Source: Rhodospirillaceae bacterium
Lineage (GTDB): Bacteria > Pseudomonadota > Alphaproteobacteria > Rhodospirillales > UBA2165
Length of the DNA: 64,000 nt
Reading direction: 5' to 3'
NCBI GenBank assembly: GCA_018674495.1
Contig: JABHAA010000156.1
Span: 7,928 to 71,927 of the forward strand
Part shown: positions 1 to 9,423 of the stretch, in pieces
How the letters are laid out: each line of letters begins with the position of its first letter
Numbering within the stretch: the stretch's first letter is position 1
Notes under the pieces: generated by a model
The model's database searches: none
Told to the model about the DNA's origin: nothing
Seen by the model: only the letters and a program-made list of their open reading frames with translations
Position numbers and translations under genes: made by a program

Positions 1-84
1 GGGCTTTTCGAAGCAACCCCCATGCAGTTCCGCCAGCACCGCCGCGTGGCCTAAGGAACAAAGGGACAAGCGGGCTTCGGTCAT
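1..84 (-). CDS. N-acetyltransferase, RimI-like (5' end only, runs off window)
   Basis: The minus-strand ATG at 84-82 overlaps the tsaB stop (ATGA). The first 28 codons, MTEARLSLCSLGHAAVLAELHGGCFEKP, leave the window. tsaB-rimI adjacency is common, but the fragment is too short for a firm call. Confidence 0.4.
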   Translation of the reverse strand, partial: MTEARLSLCSLGHAAVLAELHGGCFEKP

Positions 85-785
85 GGTTTTGCGGCCAGAT
101 CGCGCGGCGCCGGCAAGGTCGCATCGGGGGGGCGCAAATAGAGTGGCTCCAAAGACGGTTGCGCAAGCCCTGGGCGCCAATGGCTGGCCGCCATGCGGGC
201 AATAGTGCCGGCATCCGCATGCGCCGGGGCCGGCGACAAAACCGCATCGACGCCGCCGGCCTCCAAAACCTTTAATGCGCGCTCCGCCCCGCCGCCCATC
301 ACCAGAACCGGCAGCTCGGCGCCGGCAAATTCCGCCAACGCGGTTTCTTCAACGGCGGCGGGATCAGACACCGGGGCGCCGGCGGTATCGAACATTTGCG
401 CATAGATATCGGCGCGCTTGGTCTCCAGGGCGACCAGCACGCTTTTGTGTGTGCTCTCATCGGGCGCAACTACGGGCGCGCCGGCCAGCACCGCATCGAA
501 CGAGCTTACTCCAAAGAGCGGCGTGCCGGCGGCCAGGGAAAAAGCGCGCGCCGTCGCCAATCCGATACGGAGGCCAGTAAAGGCGCCGGGGCCGATGGTC
601 ACCGCGATCACGTCCAGATTGCCATAATCGGCAGCCGCCTCGGCCATTACTGCCTCGATCATCGGCACCAGGGCCTCGGCCTGGCCGCGCACCATCGCCT
701 CGAAGCGTTGCGCGGCAATACCATCGCCTTGCCAGACGGCAGCGGAACAGGTTGATGCGGCGCAATCGAATGCCAGGATATTCAC
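81..785 (-). CDS. tsaB: tRNA threonylcarbamoyladenosine biosynthesis protein TsaB (YeaZ)
   Basis: 234-aa ORF. N-terminus ILAFDCAASTCSAAV and TIGPGAFTGLRIG are typical of TsaB/YeaZ. Confidence 0.85.
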   Translation of the reverse strand: MNILAFDCAASTCSAAVWQGDGIAAQRFEAMVRGQAEALVPMIEAVMAEAAADYGNLDVIAVTIGPGAFTGLRIGLATARAFSLAAGTPLFGVSSFDAVLAGAPVVAPDESTHKSVLVALETKRADIYAQMFDTAGAPVSDPAAVEETALAEFAGAELPVLVMGGGAERALKVLEAGGVDAVLSPAPAHADAGTIARMAASHWRPGLAQPSLEPLYLRPPDATLPAPRDLAAKP

Positions 786-863
786 AGTTTTTTCATCGCT
801 TTTGTGACTAATCGATTTCGTTATAAGGAGCGCCGACGGATTTTACACCAGGTGTTTGCAATT

Positions 864-1430
864 ATGGCATTGATTCCGATCACGCCGGACAGCCACGGTA
901 TCGAGTTGGAGATAGCCTATGCCGGGCCCGATAATTTCACCGGCGAGGCGGTCTATGCCCGCGGCGCCTGCTACCTGCACGAAGAAGCCGAAACCCTATT
1001 GCGGTGCGCCATCGAAATGGCGAAGCGCATCGGCTTCGGGGTTCGCATCTATGATGCGTTCCGCCCGTCGGAAGCCCAATGGAAGCTTTGGACACATACG
1101 CCGGATCCGGAGTTCCTTGCCGATCCCCGGCGCGGCTCGCCCCATTCCCGGGGCGCAGCGGTTGATCTGACGCTGATCGACAAAGGCGGGCAGGCCCTCG
1201 ACATGGGCACTCAGTTCGATGCCTTCACGCCATTGTCCCACCACGGCAACACCGATATCGCTCCCGAAGCCGAGCGTAACCGGGCGCTGCTGATCGGGCT
1301 GATGACATCCGCCGGCTGGGACTTTTACCGGAACGAGTGGTGGCACTATCAATTGTTCGACGCCAGGCGCTTGCCGGTATTGTCGGACACGGTGCTGGAC
1401 GTGCCGATGATGGCGGAGACCGGGCTATGA
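864..1430 (+). CDS. ddpX: D-alanyl-D-alanine dipeptidase (VanX/DdpX, peptidase M15D)
   Basis: ORF trimmed to the ATG at 864. Zinc-site style motifs SPHSRGAAVDL and EWWHY match VanX/DdpX. Confidence 0.8.
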   Translation: MALIPITPDSHGIELEIAYAGPDNFTGEAVYARGACYLHEEAETLLRCAIEMAKRIGFGVRIYDAFRPSEAQWKLWTHTPDPEFLADPRRGSPHSRGAAVDLTLIDKGGQALDMGTQFDAFTPLSHHGNTDIAPEAERNRALLIGLMTSAGWDFYRNEWWHYQLFDARRLPVLSDTVLDVPMMAETGL

Positions 1431-2443
1431 AGAGTTGGGCGGCTGCATTGTTGCTGACTGCCTGGACGCTGGCGCCGGACCTGGCGCGGGCCGCCGACCA
1501 GGCGGTGATCTTGATGTATCACCGGTTCGGCGAAACCAAGTTTGCCTCCACCAATATCCGCCTGGAGCAGTTCGAAGCCCATATCACCGAATTGAAAAGC
1601 GGACCCTACACCGTGCTGCCAGTGTCCGAAATTGTCGCCAAAATTCAGGCCGGCGCGCCCTTGCCGGAGCGCACCGTCGGCATCACCGTGGACGATGGTT
1701 ATCTTTCGGTCTTCAAAGAAGCCTGGCCGCGCCTCAGGGCCGCCGGGTTGCCGTTTACGGTCTTTATTTCCACCGACCTCGCCGATGCGGGCGCGGCCAG
1801 CTATATGGGCTGGGCGCAAATCCGCCAATTGCGGGATGCGGGGGTCGAGATTGGCGCCCACACCGCATCGCACCCGCATATGATCGCAGCGGGCGCGGCG
1901 CGCCTGGACGATGAAATGCAAAAATCAAACGCGCGCTTCAAGGCCGAGCTGGGCGCAGTGCCGGACTTCTTCGCCTATCCCTATGGCGAGGCCGGGCCGC
2001 GCGAGCGGGCGCTGGCCCTGAAAACCGGCTACCGGACCGCTTTCGGCCAGCACTCCGGCGTCTTCCACAAATCCAGCGAGGCAAGCTATATCCCGCGCTT
2101 CGCCCTCAATGAAAGCTTTGGCGCCATCGGACGCTTCCAGCTGGTGATCAACACACTGGCGATGCCGGTGGCCGATGTGGCGCCCATCGATGCTGGCATC
2201 GGCGCCGTCAATCCGCCCAATTTCGGTTTTACCATAACAGGCGATATCGGCAATTTGAAAAATCTCGGATGCTTTTCCTCTTCGGAGGGGCGCGCCCGGG
2301 TGGAGATTTTGGGAAACCGCCGCGTCGAGGTGCGCTTGAAAAACCCGCTGCCCCGGGGGCGCTCCCGCATCAACTGCACCTTGCGTGATCAATCCGGGCG
2401 CTGGCGCTGGCTGGGCACCATTTTTTACGTGCCGCCCAAATAA
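1427..2443 (+). CDS. secreted polysaccharide deacetylase (NodB-homology domain) with extra C-terminal domain
   Basis: ATG 1427 overlaps the ddpX stop (ATGA). Signal-peptide-like AALLLTAWTLAPDLARA. NodB-type motifs ITVDDGY and HTASHPH. Confidence 0.75.
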   Translation: MKSWAAALLLTAWTLAPDLARAADQAVILMYHRFGETKFASTNIRLEQFEAHITELKSGPYTVLPVSEIVAKIQAGAPLPERTVGITVDDGYLSVFKEAWPRLRAAGLPFTVFISTDLADAGAASYMGWAQIRQLRDAGVEIGAHTASHPHMIAAGAARLDDEMQKSNARFKAELGAVPDFFAYPYGEAGPRERALALKTGYRTAFGQHSGVFHKSSEASYIPRFALNESFGAIGRFQLVINTLAMPVADVAPIDAGIGAVNPPNFGFTITGDIGNLKNLGCFSSSEGRARVEILGNRRVEVRLKNPLPRGRSRINCTLRDQSGRWRWLGTIFYVPPK

Positions 2444-2449
2444 AATTTC

Positions 2450-3430
2450 TTAGATCGCCGGTTCCTTGATGGCGGAGATTAGTCCGCCGCCAAGCCGCGC
2501 CTTGTCCAACTGGCTGAGCTGGTTGGCGCGGATGATCCTTTGGATCGAGGTCACATAGGCACGGCCTCGCTCCGAATAGCTGGCCAGGCTCTGCGCCAAC
2601 GTCATGCCGTCCGGCGTGGCCTTGGATTTGCGCATGCGTGCCCGCTCGGCGCGGAAGCCCCGGTAGGCCCGGTGGGTGTTCAAATTGGCCACATAGGCGC
2701 CGACCGCCTGGGTCAGGGTTTGAAACACCCTGATCTTATGCTGCTTACCGCTTGCCCGGTCCTTGGGCACCAGCCCGCCGGCGGCGGCGAAGGTCCATTG
2801 GCCGAACAAGGCGTTGCCTTCGCGGGCAAAGCGCGATGTGCCCCAGCCGGTTTCCTCGGCCGCCTGGGCGATGGCCAGGGACGGCGGCACCGTGTCCATG
2901 CGCCGCGCCAATTCCACCAGTCCGGCGCGCCGCACTCCATATTGGTCCAGCTTGGCGGCCAACCACAAACGATCCTCGGCGGCCAGACGCTGGCCATCGC
3001 GCTTCGCAGCCGCCAAGGACATCAAGCGGCGGCGGTCTTCGGCAATGGTGTCATTGACCCGAAGGACCAGCGGCAGGACCATCTTGAAAAAGAAATTCTT
3101 GCGCGTTTCGGGAGTCCGGATGCGCACGATATCGCGGGGAAACGCGGTCAGAAACAACGGCGGCACCGGCGCCTTGCCGGCACGGATGGTCGCCATGTCA
3201 TATTTGTGGCGATGGAATTTGGACGCAACCAGGGCCACCGTCGGCCCGCCGGCAAGCGCCGCATTGGCACGGCCGTATTTCGCCGTCCTATCGCCGGCAC
3301 TGCCCGGCAAGGAAAAGACGGCGCTCGGCGAACGGGTGGGGCTGTCGATCGGATAGAGCGTAGCGGCCACAAACAATGCGCCCACGCCCACCGACACGAA
3401 ACCAATCAACGCCCTCTCGAACACACTCAT
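2450..3430 (-). CDS. membrane-anchored glucosaminidase-domain protein (GH73 / FlgJ-C-like)
   Basis: Trimmed to ATG 3430, preceded by GGAGAGG. N-terminal hydrophobic helix. AQAAEETGWGTSRFAREGNALFGQW is the mannosyl-glycoprotein endo-beta-N-acetylglucosaminidase signature. Confidence 0.7.
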   Translation of the reverse strand: MSVFERALIGFVSVGVGALFVAATLYPIDSPTRSPSAVFSLPGSAGDRTAKYGRANAALAGGPTVALVASKFHRHKYDMATIRAGKAPVPPLFLTAFPRDIVRIRTPETRKNFFFKMVLPLVLRVNDTIAEDRRRLMSLAAAKRDGQRLAAEDRLWLAAKLDQYGVRRAGLVELARRMDTVPPSLAIAQAAEETGWGTSRFAREGNALFGQWTFAAAGGLVPKDRASGKQHKIRVFQTLTQAVGAYVANLNTHRAYRGFRAERARMRKSKATPDGMTLAQSLASYSERGRAYVTSIQRIIRANQLSQLDKARLGGGLISAIKEPAI

Positions 3431-3751
3431 TCGAGGCCTCTCCGGGTAACCTTCATCTTGAAAATACCTGCCCTTAACGCCCCTCAAATACGCAAAACTG
3501 CGCTTGCGGTCCGGTCCGCGATTTATTCGCATCACCATTCCGCCCAATCCTGGCCGGTCCCGGATAATATGGAACAAGCGGCTGCCAACGCCAGCCGTTT
3601 TTTCGGCCCATAATCGGGGGTGAAATTTCCATAAATCCGGCAACGGCTTAACCCTTATGCTTCGCCCAACGCTTGAACGGCTGGGTGGCTAGTTTGTGCT
3701 ATTTGAGCAACAGTATTGCGCGAATCGGGCGCCATCATGTTTCGATTGCGG

Positions 3752-4762
3752 CTATCTTAAGGCAACCGGCCTGAGGATGCCCATGACATCAAACACCTCG
3801 TCCAGGATCGGTGCGGCGATGGCGCCCGCGCGCCCCGCACCATCGGCCAAGACCCCATCCAGATAGCCCGGATCCGCCATCAGCCGCGCCATCTCTTCGC
3901 CGATCGGCGCCAAGACCGATACCGCAAGCTCGGTCAGGGTTTCCTTGAATTCGGAAAACTGGCGACCGCCCTGTTCGGCGACCACGTCGGCCAGAGGCGC
4001 ATCGGACAGCGCCGCAAAAATCCCCAATAGATTGGCGGCTTCGCCGCGCCCTTCCAGCCCAGCCACACCCGACGGCAAGGCGTCCGGATCAGTCTTGGCC
4101 TTGCGCAATTTGCGGGCGATGGTGTCGGCATCGTCGGTCATATTGATGCGCGAATTTTCCGATGGGTCCGACTTGCTCATTTTCGCAGACCCATCACGCA
4201 GCGACATGACCCGAGCCGCCGCACCCAAAATCAAAGGTTCCGGCTGGGGAAACAGCTCGGTGCCGTAATCGTTGTTGAACTTGGCGGCGATGTCGCGGGC
4301 CAGCTCCAAATGCTGTTTCTGGTCTTCGCCGACGGGCACGTGGGTGGCTTTATACAAGAGAATGTCGGCAGCCATCAGATTGGGATAGGCGTAAAGGCCA
4401 ACCGAAGCGTTTTCCCGGTTCTTGCCGGCCTTTTCCTTGAACTGGGTCATGCGGTTGAGCCAGCCGAGGCGGGCGACGCAATTGAAGATCCAGGCCAGCT
4501 CCGCATGCTGGGGCACCTGGCTTTGATTGAAAATGATGTTGGCGGCGGGATCGAGCCCGGCGGCGATCAGCCCGGCGGTCACTTCGCGGGTGTTGGCGCT
4601 CAAAACCGTGGGGTCCTGCCAGACGGTGACGGCGTGCAGATCGACGACGCAATAGAGGCAGTCGTAATCATGCTGCAACCGCACCCAATTGCGCAGCGCG
4701 CCCAGATAATTGCCGAGGTGCAGATCGCCGGTCGGCTGAACGCCGGAAAAAATTCTGTCCAT
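3752..4762 (-). CDS. trpS: tryptophan--tRNA ligase
   Basis: 336 aa with class I aaRS motifs GDLHLGNY and KMSKS. Confidence 0.95.
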   Translation of the reverse strand: MDRIFSGVQPTGDLHLGNYLGALRNWVRLQHDYDCLYCVVDLHAVTVWQDPTVLSANTREVTAGLIAAGLDPAANIIFNQSQVPQHAELAWIFNCVARLGWLNRMTQFKEKAGKNRENASVGLYAYPNLMAADILLYKATHVPVGEDQKQHLELARDIAAKFNNDYGTELFPQPEPLILGAAARVMSLRDGSAKMSKSDPSENSRINMTDDADTIARKLRKAKTDPDALPSGVAGLEGRGEAANLLGIFAALSDAPLADVVAEQGGRQFSEFKETLTELAVSVLAPIGEEMARLMADPGYLDGVLADGAGRAGAIAAPILDEVFDVMGILRPVALR

Positions 4763-4815
4763 ACTTATTCCCTACCCTTTGAAGGGCGGTGTTATGGCGG
4801 GCCGGGCTATAGAGG

Positions 4816-6366
4816 TCAAGCCGCGCGCCGCCGCAAAATCCGGTTTAATTCATCCCGGCTGACGGCCCCGCTCAGAAGCGCCGCCAGCCCGTAAACGGCC
4901 AATCCACCGGCCACCAGAAGCGCCAGGGCAATGATGCGAAGGCTTAGGCCCCCATCCAGCCAAGGCGCCAGCATCGGCAGCGCAAACCACAGGCCGAGCG
5001 CCATTGCTGCGGCTGCGATTATCATGCGCGGGGCGCTGCGCCGCAGGCGCGCATCGATGCGCAAATGGCCGCGCCGGATGAGCACCACGGCCAACAGACC
5101 AGCATTCAGCCAGGCCGATATGGCCGACGCCATGGCCAGCCCCACATGCAGGAACGGCCCCATCAATATCAGATTGAGGATGACGTTCACGGCCATTGCG
5201 AATAGCCCAACGACGATCGGCGTCTTGGTGTCTTCACGGGCGAAATAGGACGCCGCCAGGGTCTTGATTATCACAAAGGCGGGGATGCCCCAGGCATAGG
5301 CGGCCAGCGCCCGCGCGGTGGCGCCCACCGCGTGGACATCGAACGCGCCGCGCCCGAAAAAGACCAGCACAATGGGCCCGGCTATGATCGCCAAGGCAGC
5401 AGCAGCCGGCAGGGTCAGGAACAATGATATTTCCAGCGCCCGGTTCTGGCTGTTCATCGCCGCCGCTGTATCGCCGGCTCGCAATTGCCGCGACAGCATG
5501 GGCAGAAGCGCCGTGCCGACAGCGACGCCGATGACCCCCAAGGGCAATTGGTTCACCCGGTCGGCGAAAAACAGATAGGAGATCGAGCCCGACGGAAGCA
5601 ATGAGGCGATGATCATGTCGATCACCAGATTGATCTGATAGACGCCGGCGCCTATGGCCACCGGCGCCATGCGCACTAGCAGCAATTTGATGTCTTCGGT
5701 GACGCGCGGCCACCCAATCGGCAAGCGGATTCCGGCCCGGCGCACATGCACCCACATCCAGACGAACTGAACGACGCCGGCGGCGAACACCCCCCAGGCC
5801 AAAGCGTGGCCCGGCGACGGCAGTAAAGGCGACAATCCAAGCACCGCGCCGATCAGACAGATATTGAGGAGGATCGGTGTCGCCGCCGCTTGCCAGAATT
5901 TTTCCATGGAATTCAGAACCCCGGCATAGAGCGACACCAGGGAGATGAACATCAAATAGGGAAAGGTGATGCGCGTGAAGATAACGGCGAGCTGAAATTT
6001 TTCCGGGCTTTCGGTAAAGCCTGGCGCCAGGGCGCGCATGATCCAGGGCATGCCGATCTCGGCGGCGATGACGAACAACCCCAACGACCAGAACAATACC
6101 GCCAAGGCGCGGCCCGCGAAGGCTTCGGCTTCCGCGCGCCCATCGCCTTCCAGTTTGCGCGCGAACAAGGGCACGAAGGCGGCCGAGAACGCGCCCTCGG
6201 CGAACAACCGGCGGAACAGGTTGGGCAGCTTGAAGGCGACGAAAAAGGCATCCGCCACCGGCCCGGCGCCAAGCATCGCGGCCACCAGAATATCGCGGAC
6301 GAAGCCGAGTATCCGGCTCCCCATGGTATAGCTGCCAATGGTGGAGATTGCGCCAAGCAGGGCCAT
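4816..6366 (-). CDS. murJ: lipid II flippase MurJ (MviN)
   Basis: 516-aa polytopic membrane ORF. N-terminal SRILGFVRDILVAAMLGAG is typical of MurJ/MviN. glnD-murJ adjacency is common in alphaproteobacteria. Confidence 0.9.
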   Translation of the reverse strand: MALLGAISTIGSYTMGSRILGFVRDILVAAMLGAGPVADAFFVAFKLPNLFRRLFAEGAFSAAFVPLFARKLEGDGRAEAEAFAGRALAVLFWSLGLFVIAAEIGMPWIMRALAPGFTESPEKFQLAVIFTRITFPYLMFISLVSLYAGVLNSMEKFWQAAATPILLNICLIGAVLGLSPLLPSPGHALAWGVFAAGVVQFVWMWVHVRRAGIRLPIGWPRVTEDIKLLLVRMAPVAIGAGVYQINLVIDMIIASLLPSGSISYLFFADRVNQLPLGVIGVAVGTALLPMLSRQLRAGDTAAAMNSQNRALEISLFLTLPAAAALAIIAGPIVLVFFGRGAFDVHAVGATARALAAYAWGIPAFVIIKTLAASYFAREDTKTPIVVGLFAMAVNVILNLILMGPFLHVGLAMASAISAWLNAGLLAVVLIRRGHLRIDARLRRSAPRMIIAAAAMALGLWFALPMLAPWLDGGLSLRIIALALLVAGGLAVYGLAALLSGAVSRDELNRILRRRAA

Positions 6367-6373
6367 GGGAAAT

Positions 6374-9169
6374 CTATTCCGCCGCCGCCGTGTCTTCGCT
6401 GGTTTCGGCCACCGCTTCCGGCTCGGCGAGGGCTTGCAAAAGCCGCGCCTGGATTACTTTTTCTTTGTCTTCGTGCGCCAATTTGAGGCCGAACACATCC
6501 TTGACGTAGAAGCTGTCGACCACCCGCTCGCCATAAGTGGTGACATGGGCGCTGGAAATCTTGAGGCCCAATTCGTAGAGCGCGGCGGTAATGTCATACA
6601 AAAATCCAACCCGGTCGCGGCCATTGACCTCTATTACCGTGTCGGTGTTGCTGGCCTGATTGTCGATCAGCACCCTCGGCTGCACCCGGAAGGCCTGTTC
6701 CCGGGACGGGGTGCGGACGCCGCCGGCCTTGGCCAGCTCGGCATCGATATGCAGTTTGCCGGCGATCACATCTTCGATGCGCGCCCACAAACGCTCCAGC
6801 CGCACCGGGCTGGCATAGGCTTTGTCAGTGGCATCCAGGAACGAAAAGCTGTCCAGCGCCATGCCGTCGGAAAACGTGACGATCTTGGCGTCCATGATAT
6901 TGGCGCCCGACAGAGCCATGGCGCCGGCGATCTTGGAAAACAGGCCCGGATGATCGGGGGTGTAGACCGTCAATTCGGTATATTCGAATTCGCCGTCGTG
7001 GCGGGTGTCGATATAAAGGTCTTTGTTCTGGCGCTTGGCCTCGGCGACGATCTCCGCATGGTGGGCGTGGGTGCCAGTATCGTAGGCCAACCAGTAGCCG
7101 GGATAGCCGGTGGCAATATGGGCCTCCACAGCGTCTTCGGGCCAATCGGCCAGGCGGGCGCGCAAATCATCCTTGGCGGCTTCGACACGCGCCGCCCGGT
7201 TGTCCATGACCCGGTCGCCGGACAGGATTTCCAGGGCGCGCTGATAGAGCCCGCGCAACAGACCCGATTTCCAATTGTTCCAGGTGGTCGGGCCAACGGC
7301 GCGGATATCAACCACGGTGAGCACGCCGAGCAAGCGCAGCCGTTCCACCGATTGCACCACATTGACAAAATCCTGGATCGTCTTGCCGTCTTCGATATCG
7401 CGCTTGAAGGCGGTGTCGCTCATCATCAGATGATGCTCGACCAGCCAACAGACGGTCTCGGTCTCTTCCGGCGTCAGGCCTAAGCGCGGGCACAATTCCA
7501 GCGCCACCTGAGCGCCCAATTGGGAATGATCACCGCCCCGACCTTTGGCGATATCGTGGGTGAGCACCGCCGCATAGAGCGCCCGGCGCGAGCCGATCTC
7601 CGACACCGCCTGGGACATGGTGGGCATCTCGGCGGCCAACCGGCCGGCCTCCAGCCGGGCCAGAATGCCGATGGCGCGGATGGTGTGCTCGTCCACCGTA
7701 TAGGTGTGGTACATATCGTACTGCATCTGCGCGACGATGCGCCCGAAATCGGGAATGAAGCGGCCCAAGACGCCGGATTCGTTTAAGCGCCTTAAGGATA
7801 TTTCCGGATCCTTCGCCGCCGTCAGAATATCCATGAATATGCGGTTGGCTTCAGGGCTTTCGCGCAGGTCCTTGTTGATCAGGTTCAGGTTCTGACTGAT
7901 CAGGCGCAAGGCGCCGGGATGAATATCCAGATCGTGTTCGTGGGCTTCTTTGAAGATGCGCAAAATTTTGATCGGATCATCGGCGAAGGCGTCATCGTTT
8001 TCGACCATAATGCGCCCGCCGCCGGTCTGGAACCCCTCGATGCGCACCCGGCGGAGATGCAATCCCGGCAGGCGGAAGAGGGTGCGTTTTTTCTGCTGCT
8101 CTTCGAGCACCGCACACAGCACCCGGGTCAGATCGCCGACATCCTTGGCGATCAGGAAATAATGCTTCATGAAGCGCTCGACGCCGGAGATGCCGGCACG
8201 GTCGGCGGCATAGCCCATGGCCTCGCCGATGGTTTTCTGCACATCGAACGTCAGCCGTTCCTCGGGCCGCCCAGCCAGATAATGTAGGCGGCAGCGCACC
8301 GTCCAAAGGAAATCTCTGGCTTTGGAATAGCGCGAGATATCCTGTTCGGTGAACACCTCATCCTCGGTCAGCTCGGCCAACTCGGCGATGTGGGAGACCC
8401 CATAGAGATAGCGCACCAGCCAAAAAAGAGTCTGCAGATCGCGGAGGCCGCCCTTGCCTTCTTTGATATTGGGCTCGACCACATAACGGGTGTCGCCCAT
8501 GCGCTCGTGGCGCGCATCGCGCTCGGCCATCTTGGCCTCGACGAAGGCCGGGCCGCCGCGCTCGATCAGATCGGATTTGAAGCGCCCCTGAAATTCGGCG
8601 AACAATTCCTGATCGCCCCATAGCCAGCGGGCATCCAGAAGGCTGGTGAGGATGGTGACATCGGTCTTGGCAAGGCGGATACATTCGCTGATCGAGCGCG
8701 TCGCATGGCCGACTTTAAGCCCCATGTCCCACATCATATAGAGCATGAACTCGACCACCTGCTCGATATAAGGCGTCTCCTTGTAAGGCATGAGAAACAA
8801 CAGATCGACATCGGAAAACGGCGCCAGGGTCGAACGGCCATAACCGCCGACGGCGACGACGCTCATCTTTTCGGCCTTGGAAAGATTGGGCGCCAGATAC
8901 ACCCGCCAGGTGGCCATATCGAATATAATGCGCACCAATTGATCGACCAGGAAGCTGTTCTCGGCGATGCACTGGCGGCCATCGCCGGAGGCTTCGAAGC
9001 GGGCGCGCACCTCATCGAAACCGTCCTGCCACGCGGATTTCATCTCGGCGACCAGATCGCTCCGAATTTCCGGTCTATAGCCGTCCGGCCCAAGGATCGC
9101 CTCCAGCCGTTCGACGAGGTCCAGGCGGTCGATAATCTTGCGCTGCTGGCGGATCATGTTCATGGGCAA
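6374..9169 (-). CDS. glnD: [protein-PII] uridylyltransferase/uridylyl-removing enzyme
   Basis: 931 aa: nucleotidyltransferase N-terminus, HD domain (LTHDIAKGRGGDH) and two C-terminal ACT-like repeats. Confidence 0.95.
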   Translation of the reverse strand: MPMNMIRQQRKIIDRLDLVERLEAILGPDGYRPEIRSDLVAEMKSAWQDGFDEVRARFEASGDGRQCIAENSFLVDQLVRIIFDMATWRVYLAPNLSKAEKMSVVAVGGYGRSTLAPFSDVDLLFLMPYKETPYIEQVVEFMLYMMWDMGLKVGHATRSISECIRLAKTDVTILTSLLDARWLWGDQELFAEFQGRFKSDLIERGGPAFVEAKMAERDARHERMGDTRYVVEPNIKEGKGGLRDLQTLFWLVRYLYGVSHIAELAELTEDEVFTEQDISRYSKARDFLWTVRCRLHYLAGRPEERLTFDVQKTIGEAMGYAADRAGISGVERFMKHYFLIAKDVGDLTRVLCAVLEEQQKKRTLFRLPGLHLRRVRIEGFQTGGGRIMVENDDAFADDPIKILRIFKEAHEHDLDIHPGALRLISQNLNLINKDLRESPEANRIFMDILTAAKDPEISLRRLNESGVLGRFIPDFGRIVAQMQYDMYHTYTVDEHTIRAIGILARLEAGRLAAEMPTMSQAVSEIGSRRALYAAVLTHDIAKGRGGDHSQLGAQVALELCPRLGLTPEETETVCWLVEHHLMMSDTAFKRDIEDGKTIQDFVNVVQSVERLRLLGVLTVVDIRAVGPTTWNNWKSGLLRGLYQRALEILSGDRVMDNRAARVEAAKDDLRARLADWPEDAVEAHIATGYPGYWLAYDTGTHAHHAEIVAEAKRQNKDLYIDTRHDGEFEYTELTVYTPDHPGLFSKIAGAMALSGANIMDAKIVTFSDGMALDSFSFLDATDKAYASPVRLERLWARIEDVIAGKLHIDAELAKAGGVRTPSREQAFRVQPRVLIDNQASNTDTVIEVNGRDRVGFLYDITAALYELGLKISSAHVTTYGERVVDSFYVKDVFGLKLAHEDKEKVIQARLLQALAEPEAVAETSEDTAAAE

Positions 9170-9273
9170 TTACTTAAAGGATTTTCCGCTATTGTGATAG
9201 GGAGAGGGCGAAGTTGGCGCTTTCAATGTCATTTCCTAGATAAAAAATGCGACATAATTTGGGCGAATATCCG

Positions 9274-9309
9274 GTATGGGAAAGTATGGTTTGGTATGGA
9301 TTCGTATGG
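9274..9309. repeat. four direct GTATGG repeats at exact 10-bp spacing (possible fifth degenerate copy TGGCATG at 9314-9320)
   Basis: GTATGG starts at 9274, 9284, 9294 and 9304. The array lies in the mutS/glnD intergenic region, about 105-140 bp upstream of the glnD start on the minus strand. Confidence 0.85.
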
Positions 9310-9423
9310 TTTTTGGCATGCAAACATGTGGCGCTCCGGGGGCGCGGCCCTTGATTAGATTTAAGGTATTACCTTGGATATATAGTCTGTAGATGGCCGG
9401 AATCAAGTGCAGACGCCGGCCCC

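Noticed and set aside
6338-7483. 381-aa plus-strand ORF antisense to glnD. Similar long antisense ORFs occur at 2540-3613, 10768-11673, 22650-23765, 43311-44258, 44595-45503, 53803-55188 and 62418-63050.
   Set aside because: All lie fully inside well-supported conserved genes on the other strand. Their products are Arg/Gly/Ala/His-rich and low in complexity, as expected from stop-codon depletion in GC-rich DNA. None has a recognisable motif.
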